A stretch of DNA of 64,000 nucleotides from Saccostrea cucullata (lineage: Eukaryota): assembly GCF_032062105.1 (NCBI RefSeq), contig NW_026917900.1, positions 1 through 64,000 on the forward strand, in the 5' to 3' direction. Positions 1-12,874 of the stretch are shown here, piece by piece. Each line of letters opens with the position of its first letter. The stretch's first letter is position 1. Under the pieces are notes generated by a model that saw only the letters and a program-made list of their open reading frames with translations, did no database searches and was not told where the DNA came from. A program made the position numbers and the translations under genes.

Positions 1-436
1 AGATTTCTATATTTCCAGTAGTTCAAAACTTGCATGTTTAATTCTTTTAGAACAGCACAGCACTTAGATAAATTTCCTATAATTTGGAGAGCCTAAATTG
101 CATAATTTTGGTAAGTCGTTTGTTAAATACTAATTGTAAATGTAAGTGTAAATAATTGTTTTATTTTATTGCTAAACTTTCATTATTAAATAGGTTCAGT
201 GGAGATCACTTTATAAATTAAATTTATAAGTGTTTAAACTATAACTATATTGAGTAAATGCGTTCAGATACGTATTAATCAGTGAGAGACTATTTTATGA
301 TTAGTGTTTTGTATTATATTATGAACACTTGATTATTATATACATTGCTGAGGTTTTGTACATTGTTTTACAGGGCCTATTATCATAATTGTCTTGATTA
401 CCATATATGAAACGAGTTGGAATTGATATAAAATAA

Positions 437-802
437 CCTGCTGAACTTTCAAACCTGTGTTGCTTATTTTATTACGTAACCAAGGTTTACATAGACTCGA
501 TCAACACAAAAATCCTGAGCACCAAAGATTATCTGCTGACCCTGAAAGCCAAATACCAAAATAGCTTTAATAATGGTGGGCGCGGGAAGCAGTGTTCGAA
601 CTGTCATCTCCGACTCGACCACACAGTTCGGCAATGTCGATTAGAGAAGTGTGAAAGTGCGGAGCAATGTGGTGACGTTATGAAACATCCAGATGAGAGA
701 AAATTAATTGATGAAGCTGATGATCAAGTTCGTAAGTTAGAGAAGGAATTAAAAGCAAAAAATACTGAATATGTCTCACTTTCTAAGCTATATATTTCTT
801 AG
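437..802 (+). pseudogene. Unassigned Cys/His-rich zinc-finger-like plus coiled-coil coding frame, probably a TE-derived exon or remnant
   Basis: Stop-free frame missing from the ORF track because it has no early ATG. Hand translation: VYIDSINTKILSTKDYLLTLKAKYQNSFNNGGRGKQCSNCHLRLDHTVRQCRLEKCESAEQCGDVMKHPDERKLIDEADDQVRKLEKELKAKNTEYVSLSKLYIS*. Confidence 0.55.
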
Positions 803-1272
803 AGAAAGAACAGGTTTATGATGTGGGTTGCACTAACCCGCAATATTGGCTTTATTCTCATTTGTTTGTACATTGACCTAAAGAGAATATCGTCATACAT
901 ACTGATGCAACAAGAGTGGTTTACGGTCTTGAAATTTTTGTGACAGTCTCATGTATCTTAAGTACAGTGCACAATAATTTTCACGAATTGATATTTTAAG
1001 TATATACTAGTAAATAACATGAAACTGTCTACTTAAGCGGTTGTAAAGTATCTTAATTAAAACCTTTCGAACAATATGTTTGAAACGAAAAAAGTAGGGT
1101 GGGGTGAGGGCTGGCCCTTATGTTATGTGCCCGTCAGGTCTAACGTATTTGAAGGAAAAAAAACGAATCAGATTTAAACGAGAGCATACCCCCTCCCCCT
1201 TACACTTTTGTCGCCAATTACTTCAGTCTGTGCTGTATGTAACACAACAAAGTTAATATCAATTGGTCTTTA

Positions 1273-1682
1273 TTATCTCACCTGTGCTGAAAGCTCAAGT
1301 GACCTTTTCTGATCACATTTTGGCCGACGTCTTTTTATCCGTCTTAAAACTTTTCACATTTTCAAGTTCTTCTCTAGAACCACTGGGCCAATGTTAACCA
1401 AACTTGCCACAGGCATTTTTGGTAAACGGTATTCAAGTTTGTTCAAATGAAGGGCGACTTCTTAGAGGAGATAATTCACAAAATGTGAAAATTTGCAATT
1501 GATGACATGTTTTGACAATCATCTCAAGAAACACAGTGCCAAGAATGATGAAACTTATATACTCCCATCTTTAAAGGTAGATTGGGACCACTTATGGATT
1601 TAAACTTTCAATACTGAGCTGATTTCTGCTATTTTCTTAGCCACGGTGCTCAGGTAAACGATGTAGCCCATGGGCCTCTTGT
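1273..1682 (+). mobile_element. Short Helentron-associated non-autonomous element (HINE), same family as 54991-56454
   Basis: 5' end 'ctcacctgtgctgaaagctcaagtgaccttttctgatcac' and 3' end 'ctcaggtaaacgatgtagcccatgggcctcttgt' match the other copies; the central array is largely absent. Confidence 0.75.
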
Positions 1683-1972
1683 AGTTCCACTGCGTTCGTA
1701 CAATATAAATATTCATTGAATCGCATAATTATTAAAAGTTGTCTTAGCATTCGATAAAGTTGTCCCACAGTTGCTGAAATCGCACCTGTTTTTCCATTCT
1801 AACCCCCCATATATGGAGGATATGTTGCTGTCTGCAAAAACTCTGCGTACTTAGTGCTCGATATGGTGTTCCCTGTTATGGGTATTTACATGTTCTTACA
1901 GACATCTCAGTTTTATAAAGGATTGCGAAAATGTGCTTTTAAACATACTTTATAGTGAAATACATAATGCAC

Positions 1973-1974
<2 letters not shown>

Positions 1975-2047
<73 letters not shown>
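1975..2047. repeat. (GA)n microsatellite
   Basis: Pure GA run; explains the SLSLSL ORFs. Confidence 0.98.
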
Positions 2048-2053
<6 letters not shown>

Positions 2054-2689
2054 AAAATTCTTGACAGAAATGTTCTTTTATATGGATAGCAGTGCATGTA
2101 TGATACATAAACGGAATATTTCTCTTTTCCACGGTATATGATCAATCAGAATTGATTTAATGTGTGCATGATAATTAAAGCAGCTAAATTTTCACGGCTT
2201 TAATTTATTATGGACTCTAAAAAATGATAAATGCTCTTTTAAAAGTTTTTAATAAGATTTGTGTTTTCTGTCCCCTTTTTAAACCCGTTCAACGTCGTTG
2301 ATGTGTATTGCAGCTGACCGACTTTAGCGTGGGAGAGACGCTATCTTGGCTACTTTCTGTGATGTGGCGAGAATGTGACGTAGAATTTAAAGTTCTCGAC
2401 AAGCAAAGCGTCAGCTCGTCACAAACAATGTAATCCTTTAGGTATTTTGCATTCTGCTCTAAAAGCAAATGTAATAGTTATATACTTAAATTATACCGAA
2501 TTTTGTTCGTGCGCCGACAGACCTTACCGGCCTTCATATAAATCGTCCTAATATCATAAATATGAAAGATATATATATTTAAGAATTTACAACGTTAAAG
2601 AACATTGAATATATTATGCCTTTGCAAAATTGGTTGCATGTTTAAAATGTTATAGACGTTGTCTACGACGTTTTGGGACAACCCTCGTA

Positions 2690-3070
2690 TGTATTAGTAT
2701 TTACCTGTGACAATGGCATTTTTTTTTACCCGTGACCCTGAAGTTTGACAAACTTGCAAAAAAAATTTATTGTTTTAAATTCATCATTTTGAAAAAGAAA
2801 AATTAGGGCATTCATATTGTACATGCATGTATATTACCTGTGATAAGACCTTTCCAAATTAATCATGAATTTTGACTCTGTGACTTTGACCTTGAAGCTT
2901 AACCTACTTTTCAAAAATGTTGCATTTGCTTATAACTTTTGATTGAGAAGAAATATGACTTTCACATTTGACATGTACATTTCTCGTAAGAATTCAAGAT
3001 GTTTCTCAGCATGCTATGATTTTTTAGCCATTGACGTTGATGTTTTACCTAATTTTCAAAATATTCAACT
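2690..3070 (+). mobile_element. Degenerate HINE tandem-repeat fragment related to 46359-46920
   Basis: Repeated 'tgtgac(c/t)ttgaccttgaag' and 'cttataacttttga...gactttcacatttg' motifs. Confidence 0.5.
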
Positions 3071-3084
3071 CTCCTTAAAGATGT

Positions 3085-3504
3085 TACTGAGTAAAATGTA
3101 GGAGGAGTTCAGGGAACAAGGGGCTTTTTGCAAAAAAAATGTCATTTTTCCTCCCCCCATTTGACCCCCCCGGGCAAAATGAAAATTCCGAAACCTTACT
3201 GCACATCTACATGACACCACCAACCGTCTCTTAAAAGTTGATTAGGCTACTGGGTAAAATGTAGGAGTAGTTCAGGGAACAAGGGGGTTTTTGCTTAAAA
3301 AACATCATTTGACCCCCCAAGGCAAAATGAAAATTCTGAAACCTTCCTACACATCTACATGACACCACCAACCATCACCCAAAACATGATTAGGCTACTG
3401 TGTGAAATGTAACTGTAGTTTGAGGAAGAAAAGTGTGACAGACGGACGGACGGACATGAATAACAACAATATACCTGAACTTTCTTTAGAAAGTGCGGGT
3501 ATAA
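3085..3504 (-). mobile_element. HINE-like element with ~150-165-bp internal tandem repeats
   Basis: Two to three copies of 'tactg..taaaatgtaggag.agttcagggaacaagggg...cacatctacatgacaccaccaacc'. The (GACG)n tract and inverted repeat 'atacctgaactttctttagaaagtgcgggtataa' are typical of a HINE 5' end read on the minus strand. Confidence 0.65.
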
Positions 3505-4163
3505 TGAACTTGAACAGAGTTCAGCATTTTCAACTTTTTACAAAGGTGCAGATGTTCGTTTATATACAAAAGAATTTTTAAAAGATATCTTAAAGAAGAT
3601 TTAAGATGAAGGCTTAAGTAATTGTACTAATAATAGCATCTATTAATTTAAAAAATAGATGCACTTATTTTATGAGGAAACTGTGTTGCTATTATGGTTG
3701 GGTTAGGCTAGCTTCTAATTTAGTCGGGATCGAAGTCCTTATTCCTCTATGACCTGCATCCAAAGCGAAAGGTACAAAAATTTGGTAGCAGAAATTTTTT
3801 TCTAAAAAATATACTTTAAAATGCAGTTTTCCAAAATTAAATTGTTAAAATATGATGGATAATTAAGTTTTTAATAAGTTATTGCTTCGATGGTTTATGT
3901 TTTGTAGTTACTGTAGTTTTAGCACACGATGGATATGGATTTTAAACAAGTTCGCAAATTATGGCCTGGTAGTCTACATGGGGTTTTCACTGAAATTTAA
4001 AAAAAAATTGAAAACTGTTACTTGTTTATTTACCTTATAAGTGGGTTTCTTATTCATTTCATTATTTAATTGTTCTCGTTTTACATTTCATAATTTATTG
4101 GAGTTTTTGCTGCAACGTGAATTGATTGGAACTGAGGGTCACGTGGTAAGAAAGGAAGCGAAG

Positions 4164-4609
4164 ATGCCCCGGGAAAAGTCGAGTAGAAAGCGCAAGGCGG
4201 ACAAAAGTGCGGCGTCCACGAAAAAGAAGAAAGGTGATGAATCCCAAGCTGTGCAGGATGCCGTCTCTCTACCGCAGGCTGATCAACACACTGAGCAGGT
4301 GCAGCACGTAATAGCCCCCTCTGTTAGTGCTACTACGAGTACAACAGGTACTAGCTATGAGGAAGCACCTCAAATAATGCAAAGTGTAAACATTAAGCTT
4401 GCAGTTAATGTCTCACAATCAATCAAGGCAAAAATTCTTAGTTCTGCATACGTTGATTTAGCATTATTGTTGGAAAATACTTATGCAAAACCTTCCACTG
4501 AGAAAACAATTTATATAAATGAGAAGGGACAATTGGTTCTAAACCTTCTGAAAAAATAGATAGTATTGACAAATGGACAGACGCTTTCATTATTTACAGC
4601 AGCATTTGA
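4164..4609 (+). pseudogene. gag-like ORF1 remnant of a tyrosine-recombinase retrotransposon (DIRS/Ngaro-type)
   Basis: ATG at 4164; LAVNVSQSIKAKILSSAYVDLALLL...IYINEKGQLV, then a frameshift into KPSEKIDSIDKWTDAFIIYSSI*. This matches the motif pattern I recall for metazoan DIRS/Ngaro gag. Confidence 0.7.
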
Positions 4610-5170
4610 TCTAACGTTTATAATATATAGTTGTAAAGAATAAAGAATGTAATGTATTACTGAATAATGTACACTGATCTTTGTATAAAAATGCACATGT
4701 GCATTGCGTAGTATACTTACATGTTCTTAACCAAACAACTGCAATAATTATTCAAGAGAGTCTGCCGTTGACGGTTTGTGTAGAATTATCCAGATAAACA
4801 GAGCACATTTAACATAGAAACATGTCATTGAACTATATAACACAAGTAGGAATTGGCTTAATCATCCAAATATGCTGAAGAAAACTAGATCTATTGATGA
4901 ATCAACCTTTACTCTGATCTGATTGGCAGTAAGATACAGGATAGGATTGGATTAAGTACTACACGTATATGTATATGTTTCTATCGTGAACCCTCGATCC
5001 TGAATCCTATCCAATCCCATTCCATGTCAACTTGTCGGATTGCAGCACTGTAGATTGAGAAGGATAGCTGTCTTTAATATTCAATTCTAAGCCGAAATCC
5101 ATCCTTATTTTAAAAGAAATTGTTTTAAGGGTGCATTTCAGAAATTCTTGAATTGTCACATCTCCTCCTT

Positions 5171-7279
5171 CACTGTATGAAAGCCGATGACCATAACATT
5201 ACGGTCATCAAAACGTGTCGGTCGTGCCGATCGGTTGAAATTTTTCAACGGTGATTACAAACATAATTGAATAAAACTAAGTAATTTAAGATATTTTTAA
5301 GCGAACATCGATATTAGCATGTATAGTTGTTGTTTATTTACCCAAACAAATGAAAATGAAAGATGAACGCCTTTGAAATTTTGCAGTATGATGACTGTAA
5401 CAAACACATTCCAGCGAGGTGACCATGACCGTAAAACAACTACACAGATTACCGTAATTGTTATATAAAATCATGTTTTGCAATGCATTTAATATCTTTT
5501 CTTAATCAATGCACGTTCCATACATGTACCACCCATGTTACGGCAACAGGGGGAGCCCCTCAACTTTTTACTACTGAAAATGATCATTGAAAAAGCAATC
5601 CCCCACCCACTTCCCACTTTCAGTTTTAATGTAGTAAAAAATATCCGCTAAAAATATCGTTTTCAAGTTAAGTCAATTTTTCTCCTTCTTGTTAAAACAC
5701 GATGCTACGTCCCAGAATTGTGAGCAGTTTTGTATGTTATAAGGTTTATATATACTGCTTAGGATTCACGTATAGTAAATTTGTAAGATTAGTTCTGTCA
5801 AATGTTACCGATCAAATTGACAATGCTCCAAATATCGAATTTCCACACTCTAAAATAGTTTAGAGTTGTTAGTATTTACCAACATAGAACTTTTGCTAAG
5901 TAATAATTTTTGGAGATATAAACTTTTTAAGGTCAAGATCTAGTAAATAAAAGGTGCCTACAGATTTATCAAATTTAAGAAATAAATTCCTTTATTGATG
6001 CTTTACAACTTTAGCTTGGTCAAATAAGGTTTTTCGAGGCATAATTTGTAGGAAAACAAGATTAAAAACTGTATATTAAACTATGATTTTCAATGAAAAT
6101 TTAAGAAAACCAGTCATGAATATGGGAGTTTTATTCATATTCGAAAGAATACATGCATCCAGATTGCCTACAGTGTCTCAGAAAACGGTAATTAGTATGT
6201 TTGTGGCCTCTTCTTTAAATCAATATCAAATTTAATATAGGTATCCGGTTTACTTTTCATATGATTTCAAATTGAATGTCATGAAAATACCTTTTTTCTT
6301 CATAATTCTGTTAAAGCCGTAAAGTACGGGAAAAAGAAAGTTGAAATTGATTATGACGTCATAATGGATCTTGCACAAAAAAATTAGTCTAAAGTTATTT
6401 ACTAGATCTTGACCTTAAGAAATAAAACTGCAATGATTAGCATGAACAAAAGTTAAACTAGGAAATTTGACAACTGCGAGGGGATCGTCAACGACAAGTA
6501 GCATATACAGAGCGATCGAAAAGCTGAGAAAAAAAGCTATCGTAAGACGCATGAAAATTTTCCATTTATAATACATCGTGAATGTTTACATGCGTGTGTG
6601 TTAGGGAAAAGGGGTAGGTTTCACCTTCTTTCACAATCAAATCTTATTCATAAAATGCCATCCGATTTGGGATATATGCTGCAACAAATAAGGGGGTACC
6701 AGCCTACCAATTAACATGTACATTTCAACAATAAAAAGTTATATCAAAAATATAATATTCAGAAGGAAGCAGCAGCCCCCCCCCCCCCCCCCCGTCACAT
6801 TTTTATACAACTCAGAGGCAAAGAAGATTTGAATTGAATTAGCTTTAAATTATTATCATTTTTTTTTTCATTTTCTGCATTTAGTTCTAATTTTTTAATT
6901 CTGAATTTTTCTGCTGGCAAATGGTTAGAAATATTATATTTCAAAATCATGTTAGCATCTTTGTCAAAATAACTCCCTATATCAGCTTCTACAACAAGGA
7001 AGAAAACATTAAATTCGAAATATTACGGTCATCCCATTTCATTAAAAACGAGATGACGGTCATCTTAATATTTTGTTACAGTCATCATTATTAAATTCTT
7101 TGAGGTCGGGTAGGTCGGGTCGTACTATAGCTTTATTTTTCAATTTTCAGCGGAATTTAAACAAATATGCTTACAATGCTATAAATCTTGAACGAAAAAT
7201 TACAATCGATGGCTTGGCCGACATGCTTTGATGACCGTAAACTACACTGTATGTAACCGTCATCGGCTTTCCTACAGCG
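5171..7279. mobile_element. Non-autonomous EnSpm/CACTA-like element
   Basis: Left end 'cactgtatgaaagccgatgac' is inverted relative to right end 'gtcatcggctttcctacagcg'. Both sides are flanked by TT (2-bp TSD). Multiple subterminal tgaccgtaa/ttacggtca repeats. Confidence 0.7.
5931..6414. mobile_element. TTAA-flanked MITE (Kolobok-like), nested in the CACTA-like element
   Basis: ttaa|ggtcaagatctagtaaataa ... ttatttactagatcttgacc|ttaa: perfect 20-bp TIR. Confidence 0.8.
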
Positions 7280-7867
7280 TTTCTTGTACCAAGGCTCGGG
7301 GATAAAAAAACACAGAACTTGTTGGATAAAAATCATATCCAACAACAAATTATCGGAAATCCTTGATACGTATATTCATGCAAATTATATTAAACAGTTA
7401 CAGCGAGAAAAAGTTGTTTGAAGATATCTACACCTACACCATCTTACGCCGACTTGAAACAATTTAATATATTTAGAACTATTCATGCATTTAAGTGGTT
7501 TTTTTTTAATCAATTCATCTATGAATAATCATAAAGAAAAAACAACGAATACATGTCTACAAGCTGAGCATTTAAAAAGCAGATAGACATTTCTAATTAG
7601 TTATTTCACAGAAATCGCTACTCAGTGAATATGTAAATGTTAATTTACATTTCGATAGAAAGGTAAATCATACACCTACAAAGTGCCCAAGTACCCGTAG
7701 GCACTACCTGCATACAGCATTTCAAGCTTAAATACATCGGTATATTTAAAATTCATCTTCTCTTCCAATGTGAAAATTATGAAAAAGAAAGCAAAAAAAG
7801 ATGACAAGATGAAGAAGGTGGTAACGTATGCAATTTATGACAGATTATGTTTCAGAATACATATTAT

Positions 7868-8013
7868 ACACTTATCCAATGGTTGTGAGTGGAACAGCTC
7901 TTTTATCAAACCCGCGACAGGGAACTATTCCCCGAGGGCTTGCCCGAAGCGAATAGTTCCCTGTTAAGGGTTTGATGAAAGAGCTATTCCACTCACAACC
8001 AGTGGATAAGTGT
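7868..8013. repeat. Long imperfect palindrome, possibly the hairpin end of a Crypton-like non-autonomous element
   Basis: 'acacttatccaatggttgtgagtggaacagctcttttatcaaaccc...cagggaactattc' pairs with 'gaatagttccctg...gggtttgatgaaagagctattccactcacaaccagtggataagtgt'. Confidence 0.7.
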
Positions 8014-8883
8014 TTTATTATATTGATGTATATTATAATTTCTAAGGTTTGAATTTTCTTTGGAGTTAGACAATACTGCAGGAATAAGCTGAAATCCTGA
8101 TGACGTCACAATGCTGCTGAAGTCAATATGACATCATCAGACTATGGAAACTTAAACTGGCGTCAAAAATTGCATGAAAATTTTCCGAGGGGTGGATAGC
8201 AAAACCTATACCCCGGGGTATAGCTTCCTATGCGTGGAAATTTTAAGACTATGAAAAATAGTAATTTTACCTTCTTAACTTTATCATGTTTATATAGGAA
8301 ACATTTTAACAGAAGTATAATAATAGAAAATATATCCATGAATCATAACAAATTTTACCAGCTCACCCTCTATGATATTTTAAATTAATAGAAATAAATT
8401 AATACGCATGCGCAAAAACCCTACACGACGCCTTTATTTTTTTTTTTTGTGATATTTCAGATAATTGCGATGTTTATGCATTTAACAAAAAAGTGACGTC
8501 AAACTTTGCACTTTCTAGTACTGTTTTTTATTATAAATGAAGTAAAGGATGCATGTCCTTATTATAGGCCTTGCTTCGCTTTAAATCTTAAAATTCAATA
8601 TCGGATGTACGATCTTAGTGCTAGGAACGAGTGGAACGAGTAAGAAGTGCATTGAAACAGTAAATTTAAAAAGGTATATACAGTGTAAAGAAATCGATAC
8701 TTAATGAATATATAATAGTGGATGTTTTCAGGTTTTACCTGTGTTTTAAGGTAGGTCAGTATTTTTCTGAAGTTAGTTTTTGAGGTTCTGAAAATTAAAA
8801 TTGTACCTATTAAATGTATAATTTTGAGTAAAAAAAGAAGCCACCATTGTTATATCTCGGCATAGCATTTATCTGTGGTTATC

Positions 8884-9424
8884 TGTTTTACCTGTGCGTA
8901 CCAATTTTTTTTCTAATCTGAATTGTGGTTTTTAGATATAGAGATAGTTCGCGAACTTTTTGGTCACCCCTCGAATACTGTTACACACTGTTTCATACTT
9001 GGACATTATCTTGGACATGATGTTAATGGTAATCTATGTAACAAGCAAGCTCAACGTTAAACGTGTTTTATCTGTGCGTACCAATTTTTTTTCTAATCTG
9101 AATTGTGGTTTTTAGATATAGAGATAGTTCGCGAACTTTTTGGTCACCCCTCGAATACTGTTACACACTGTTTCATACTTGGATATTATCTTGGACATGA
9201 TGTTAATGGTAGTCTATGTAACAAGCAAGCTCAATGTTAAACGTGTTTTATCTGTGCGTACCAATTTTTTTTCTAATCTGAATTGTGGTTTGTAGATAAA
9301 GAGATAGTTCGCGAACTTTTTGGTCCCCCTCGAATACTGTTACACACTGTTTCATACTTGGATATTATCTTGGACATGATGTTAATGGTAATCTATGTAA
9401 CGAGCAAGCTCAATGTTAAACGTG
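8884..9424 (+). repeat. Three near-identical 180-bp tandem copies
   Basis: Units start at 8884, 9064 and 9244. Confidence 0.95.
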
Positions 9425-9810
9425 ATGACTTAAAGTTTTCACTCGTCAACTTCCCTTACTTACTGACAGCAATATACCTTCATCACCGGCATACGGAGTT
9501 TACAAAAAATGTGTATATCTCTCAGTTGATTCTATACGCAAGAGCATTCTCTTTCTCTACGTATGAACAATTTCTAAAAACGAGATAAATTATTGATAAA
9601 AAAGTTTATGAAACAAGAATATCATCAGTATCGTTTAAAGGCAACATTTCGTAAGTTCTATTGTCGGTAAAACGACCATGTCAGTAAATAAAATTTACTA
9701 TTGAGTTAAATGCTGACTGACGTTTTTCATACTTATTGTTAGTCCATTATTTATACATTGAATTAACGACGGATTTTTCTATTACGGCATGTGTGACCGG
9801 TCAAACACAA
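9345..9810 (+). mobile_element. Degenerate Penelope-like retroelement RT C-terminal region
   Basis: Across frameshifts: SYLDI..D.NGN....KL..KRDDLKFSLVNFPYL..NIPSSPAYGV..YISQLI.YARA.S.YEQFL...L......Y....LK..FRKFY.R. I recognise this as the thumb/linker pattern of bivalve Penelope-like RTs. Confidence 0.75.
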
Positions 9811-9990
9811 AATTGCTGCATTGAATGGTTTTTACATTTATATTAATTGTGGAATGAGTATGGAACTTTTTATTTAAAAACACTTCAAAGCTTTTGGTTG
9901 GAGCTTTGGCAGAGCTCAAAAAAAACAACAGCATAAGATAAGTAATGTAAAATTGTTATGCAAATTGAAGTTGCTCCAATTTCTAATATA

Positions 9991-10243
9991 CCGTAAACGG
10001 TAACTTAGTCGGTAGAGCGCTTGCTTCGTGATCGGGAGGTCGTGAGTTCGAATCTCGGTCGCGACTGACCTAAGTCGATAAAAAATGGGTAGCAACTTTT
10101 CCTTCGCCTTGCGCTCGGCACTTTGAAGTGAAAGTTGCGGGTCCTTCGGATGAGACCTTATAAACCGAGGCCCCGTTTCAGCGGAAGGCGTTTGCACGAT
10201 AAAGATCTCTCACTGCTCAATGGCCCTGAGTGCCGAGTAAAGG
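9991..10243 (+). mobile_element. tRNA-derived SINE with Meta-like and Deu-like central domains (BivaMD-type)
   Basis: A-box-like 'taacttagtcggtagagcg', B-box 'gagttcgaatctc', then 'aaaatgggtagcaacttttccttcgccttgcgctcggca', then Deu-like 'gtccttcggatgagaccttataaaccgagg...taaagatc'. The family name is from recall. Confidence 0.75.
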
Positions 10244-10590
10244 TATTCTCGAGAGGGACGTGAATTTGGTTGTAGGAATTTCTTTTACCCGCTTTTGGCC
10301 ATTTATCATTTTTATATGTTTTGTTATATCTAGCACTGGATAACACATGCAAGTTGGATAAAAACGGTAAGTAAATCTACCTTTCTCAATATCATGAATT
10401 CACTCAATACATGTCTTTGTTATTGACTGGAAACGTGATGGTTTTCGCTTAAACTCATTTAAAAACAATACATATACAATACGAACTTCTTTCAGTGTCC
10501 TTGCTTGACATTTATTAATTACTTGTGCAAGTAGAGTTTATTTGAAGTTTATAAAAAAAAACAGTACCAAGATATTTGAGTCACTCTTAA

Positions 10591-11050
10591 AGCGGATCCC
10601 TCACACCTGAATTTTTGTGATGTTTGAAATTTTTGACAGTTTTTCAATTTTGTTCAATTTCTTTTTTTCATTGTTTTCACCCTTTGATATTATATATTTT
10701 TTCAGGTATTGGAGATGATCCAACCAGCTATTCTCAATAAAATGCTGTTTTAGTTTTTCTTTTTTCTATTTTTGAAAATTTAAATAAAAATTATGTTGAT
10801 TTTATTTTTAACTTTGTTGGTTATTATTTCAATATTTTATAACATTAAACTTTGAAGAGAAATTTAGAGCAATGGGCTTTTAAAAATATAGATAGGAGGG
10901 GATTTAGCAAAATTAATAGAATATTTCAAATATTTCTAAAAAATAAATTGAAATACTTTAGTACCTTATTTTATCGGATATGGGGCCTATTATTAGAAAC
11001 AAATGCATGCAACAAAAATCAGTTTTATTTTATAGGTGTAGAGAGCCCCC
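10591..11050. mobile_element. TTAA-flanked MITE (Kolobok-like) with degenerate TIRs
   Basis: ttaa|agcggatccctcacacc ... ggtgtagagagccccc|ttaa. Confidence 0.5.
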
Positions 11051-12598
11051 TTAAACGTGTGCGTAGACAAAGCGGCATTGAATTTTTAACGGTAGTATCT
11101 CCAGAAAAGGACAAAAATTCTCGCGACTGTGAATTATAACTTTATTTCTCAGAAAAAAAAAAACAATTTATGTTTAAATAAATAGTTCATGCATTTTGAA
11201 AGGACAAATGCATTTGTTTACATTGGCTTTAGTATTGTATTTAAGTATTTTTAGTTCACGGATGCGCACTTTAACTTTATGTATATTAGATAGTCAGAGC
11301 AAGCGTAGTTATTCTACACTATGCAAACATCCACAATATTTTTACTGTCTGTAAAGCTACAAAAGGGATGTTTAAAGTGCTTATGCGTCATACATAACGA
11401 TTTTTGAACGACTGGATCAAGATTATAACAACACTAAGGATACGTAGTGCATATTTTCATAGGTAAATTCTTACTATTTATCGCCCTTTCTGTGAAAAAT
11501 TGATAGCGTCAGCTCAAGAGTCACTCGGTGCGAATGGCGCGCAGCGACGCTAAAAGATCACCCCATATATCTTTGTTTACTGTATATCTAGTCCTTTCAA
11601 TTTTCAAAATGAAATGGTTGCATAATAATTTTACTAGTCCGTACATTTCTCAGGATACAATTTTGTGATAGTTTTGTAGTGTTTAGTGTTTATATATGTT
11701 TTGAACATATTTTATTGACAACATGTCACAGGGATTGGACACGAGTTCCAGATAGTCATTTCACATACATAAAATATCAAAAGTCATACAATATTTACAA
11801 ATATTCTTTCATTTTCTTGCTAAGATAATGATTCCTCTCCCCAAAGTAGTGTATGTATATTTAACATTTTTACATTTATGACTACAAGCTAAATAAAGAA
11901 ATCAATTCAACATTAAGCTTCTAGCTTCTAGATATTTTCTAAACACAAAGAAAAAATGATGACTATCCTCCTTATATCCACAAGAACAGTTTGGATTCGT
12001 TATAATGTTGCATCTCTATAAGTCATAGTTTTAAATACAGTTGTACCTTATTTTTGGTATGTAAAATGTTAAGATACCTTTATGCATATGATAGAAACCT
12101 GGGAGGCTTGTCATTATTATTATTATTTAGTTTTCTTAGATTCCTATAGAGGTTATTCCCTTATTTCGTTACCCAGTGAATTCCATTTTCGAATAATATC
12201 GGGGACAAATGACTTATTGAATAATTCAAGTCTATATTTTGGCAAGAAATAATTACTTGAAATACGAGTATTATAATTTGAAACAGTGTTTCTAACTACT
12301 GGAACTATAATTTTTAGATAATCAGGAGCTTGGTTATTGTGGATTTATTGCCATTTATGGAAGGAGTATTTGTTTTTTCGTACCTGTCACAACACATCAC
12401 ATGTTATAGATGTTCTAGATTTTTGAGTAATGTTCTTTTGTGACTTTTTATAAGCTTTTAGGTATTGTGAAGTTCTTATAATTTGAACTCCTTAATAAAT
12501 GACCATTTTTATTCTTTATATGGGAGTTGAGCTTGCTTAACGAAAAGAAAAAAAACAAATGCTAGCGTTTTGATACCATTTTTAAATTAAAGTGTGCA

Positions 12599-12735
12599 NN
12601 NNNNNNNNNNNNNNNNNNNNNNNNNNNNNNNNNNNNNNNNNNNNNNNNNNNNNNNNNNNNNNNNNNNNNNNNNNNNNNNNNNNNNNNNNNNNNNNNNNNN
12701 NNNNNNNNNNNNNNNNNNNNNNNNNNNNNNNNNNN
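12599..12735. other. Assembly gap (137 N)
   Basis: Run of N. Confidence 1.
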
Positions 12736-12743
12736 AATAAATA

Positions 12744-12874
12744 TGTCCCTTCCTCAGGACAAAAAGTTAAAAAGTCATAAAAACAAAGGAAAAAGAGAAA
12801 CAAAAAGAACTAGCACTAGTTCTTTTTGTTTCTCTTTTTCCTTTGTTTTTATGACTTTTTATGAGGAAGGGACA
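12744..12874. repeat. Perfect palindrome / foldback next to the gap
   Basis: 46-bp perfect arms (12768-12813 and 12816-12861) around a 2-nt spacer, with outer IR tgtcccttcctca/tgaggaagggaca. Confidence 0.9.

Noticed and set aside
1939-2145. SLSLSL ORFs
   Set aside because: Translation of the (GA)n microsatellite.
1752-2689. Mariner-type MITE ending 'gggacaaccctcgta'
   Set aside because: The right end looks TIR-like, but the left partner is too degenerate to support boundaries.
9991-10065. tRNA gene
   Set aside because: A and B boxes are present but there is no clean acceptor stem, and the sequence continues into a SINE body.
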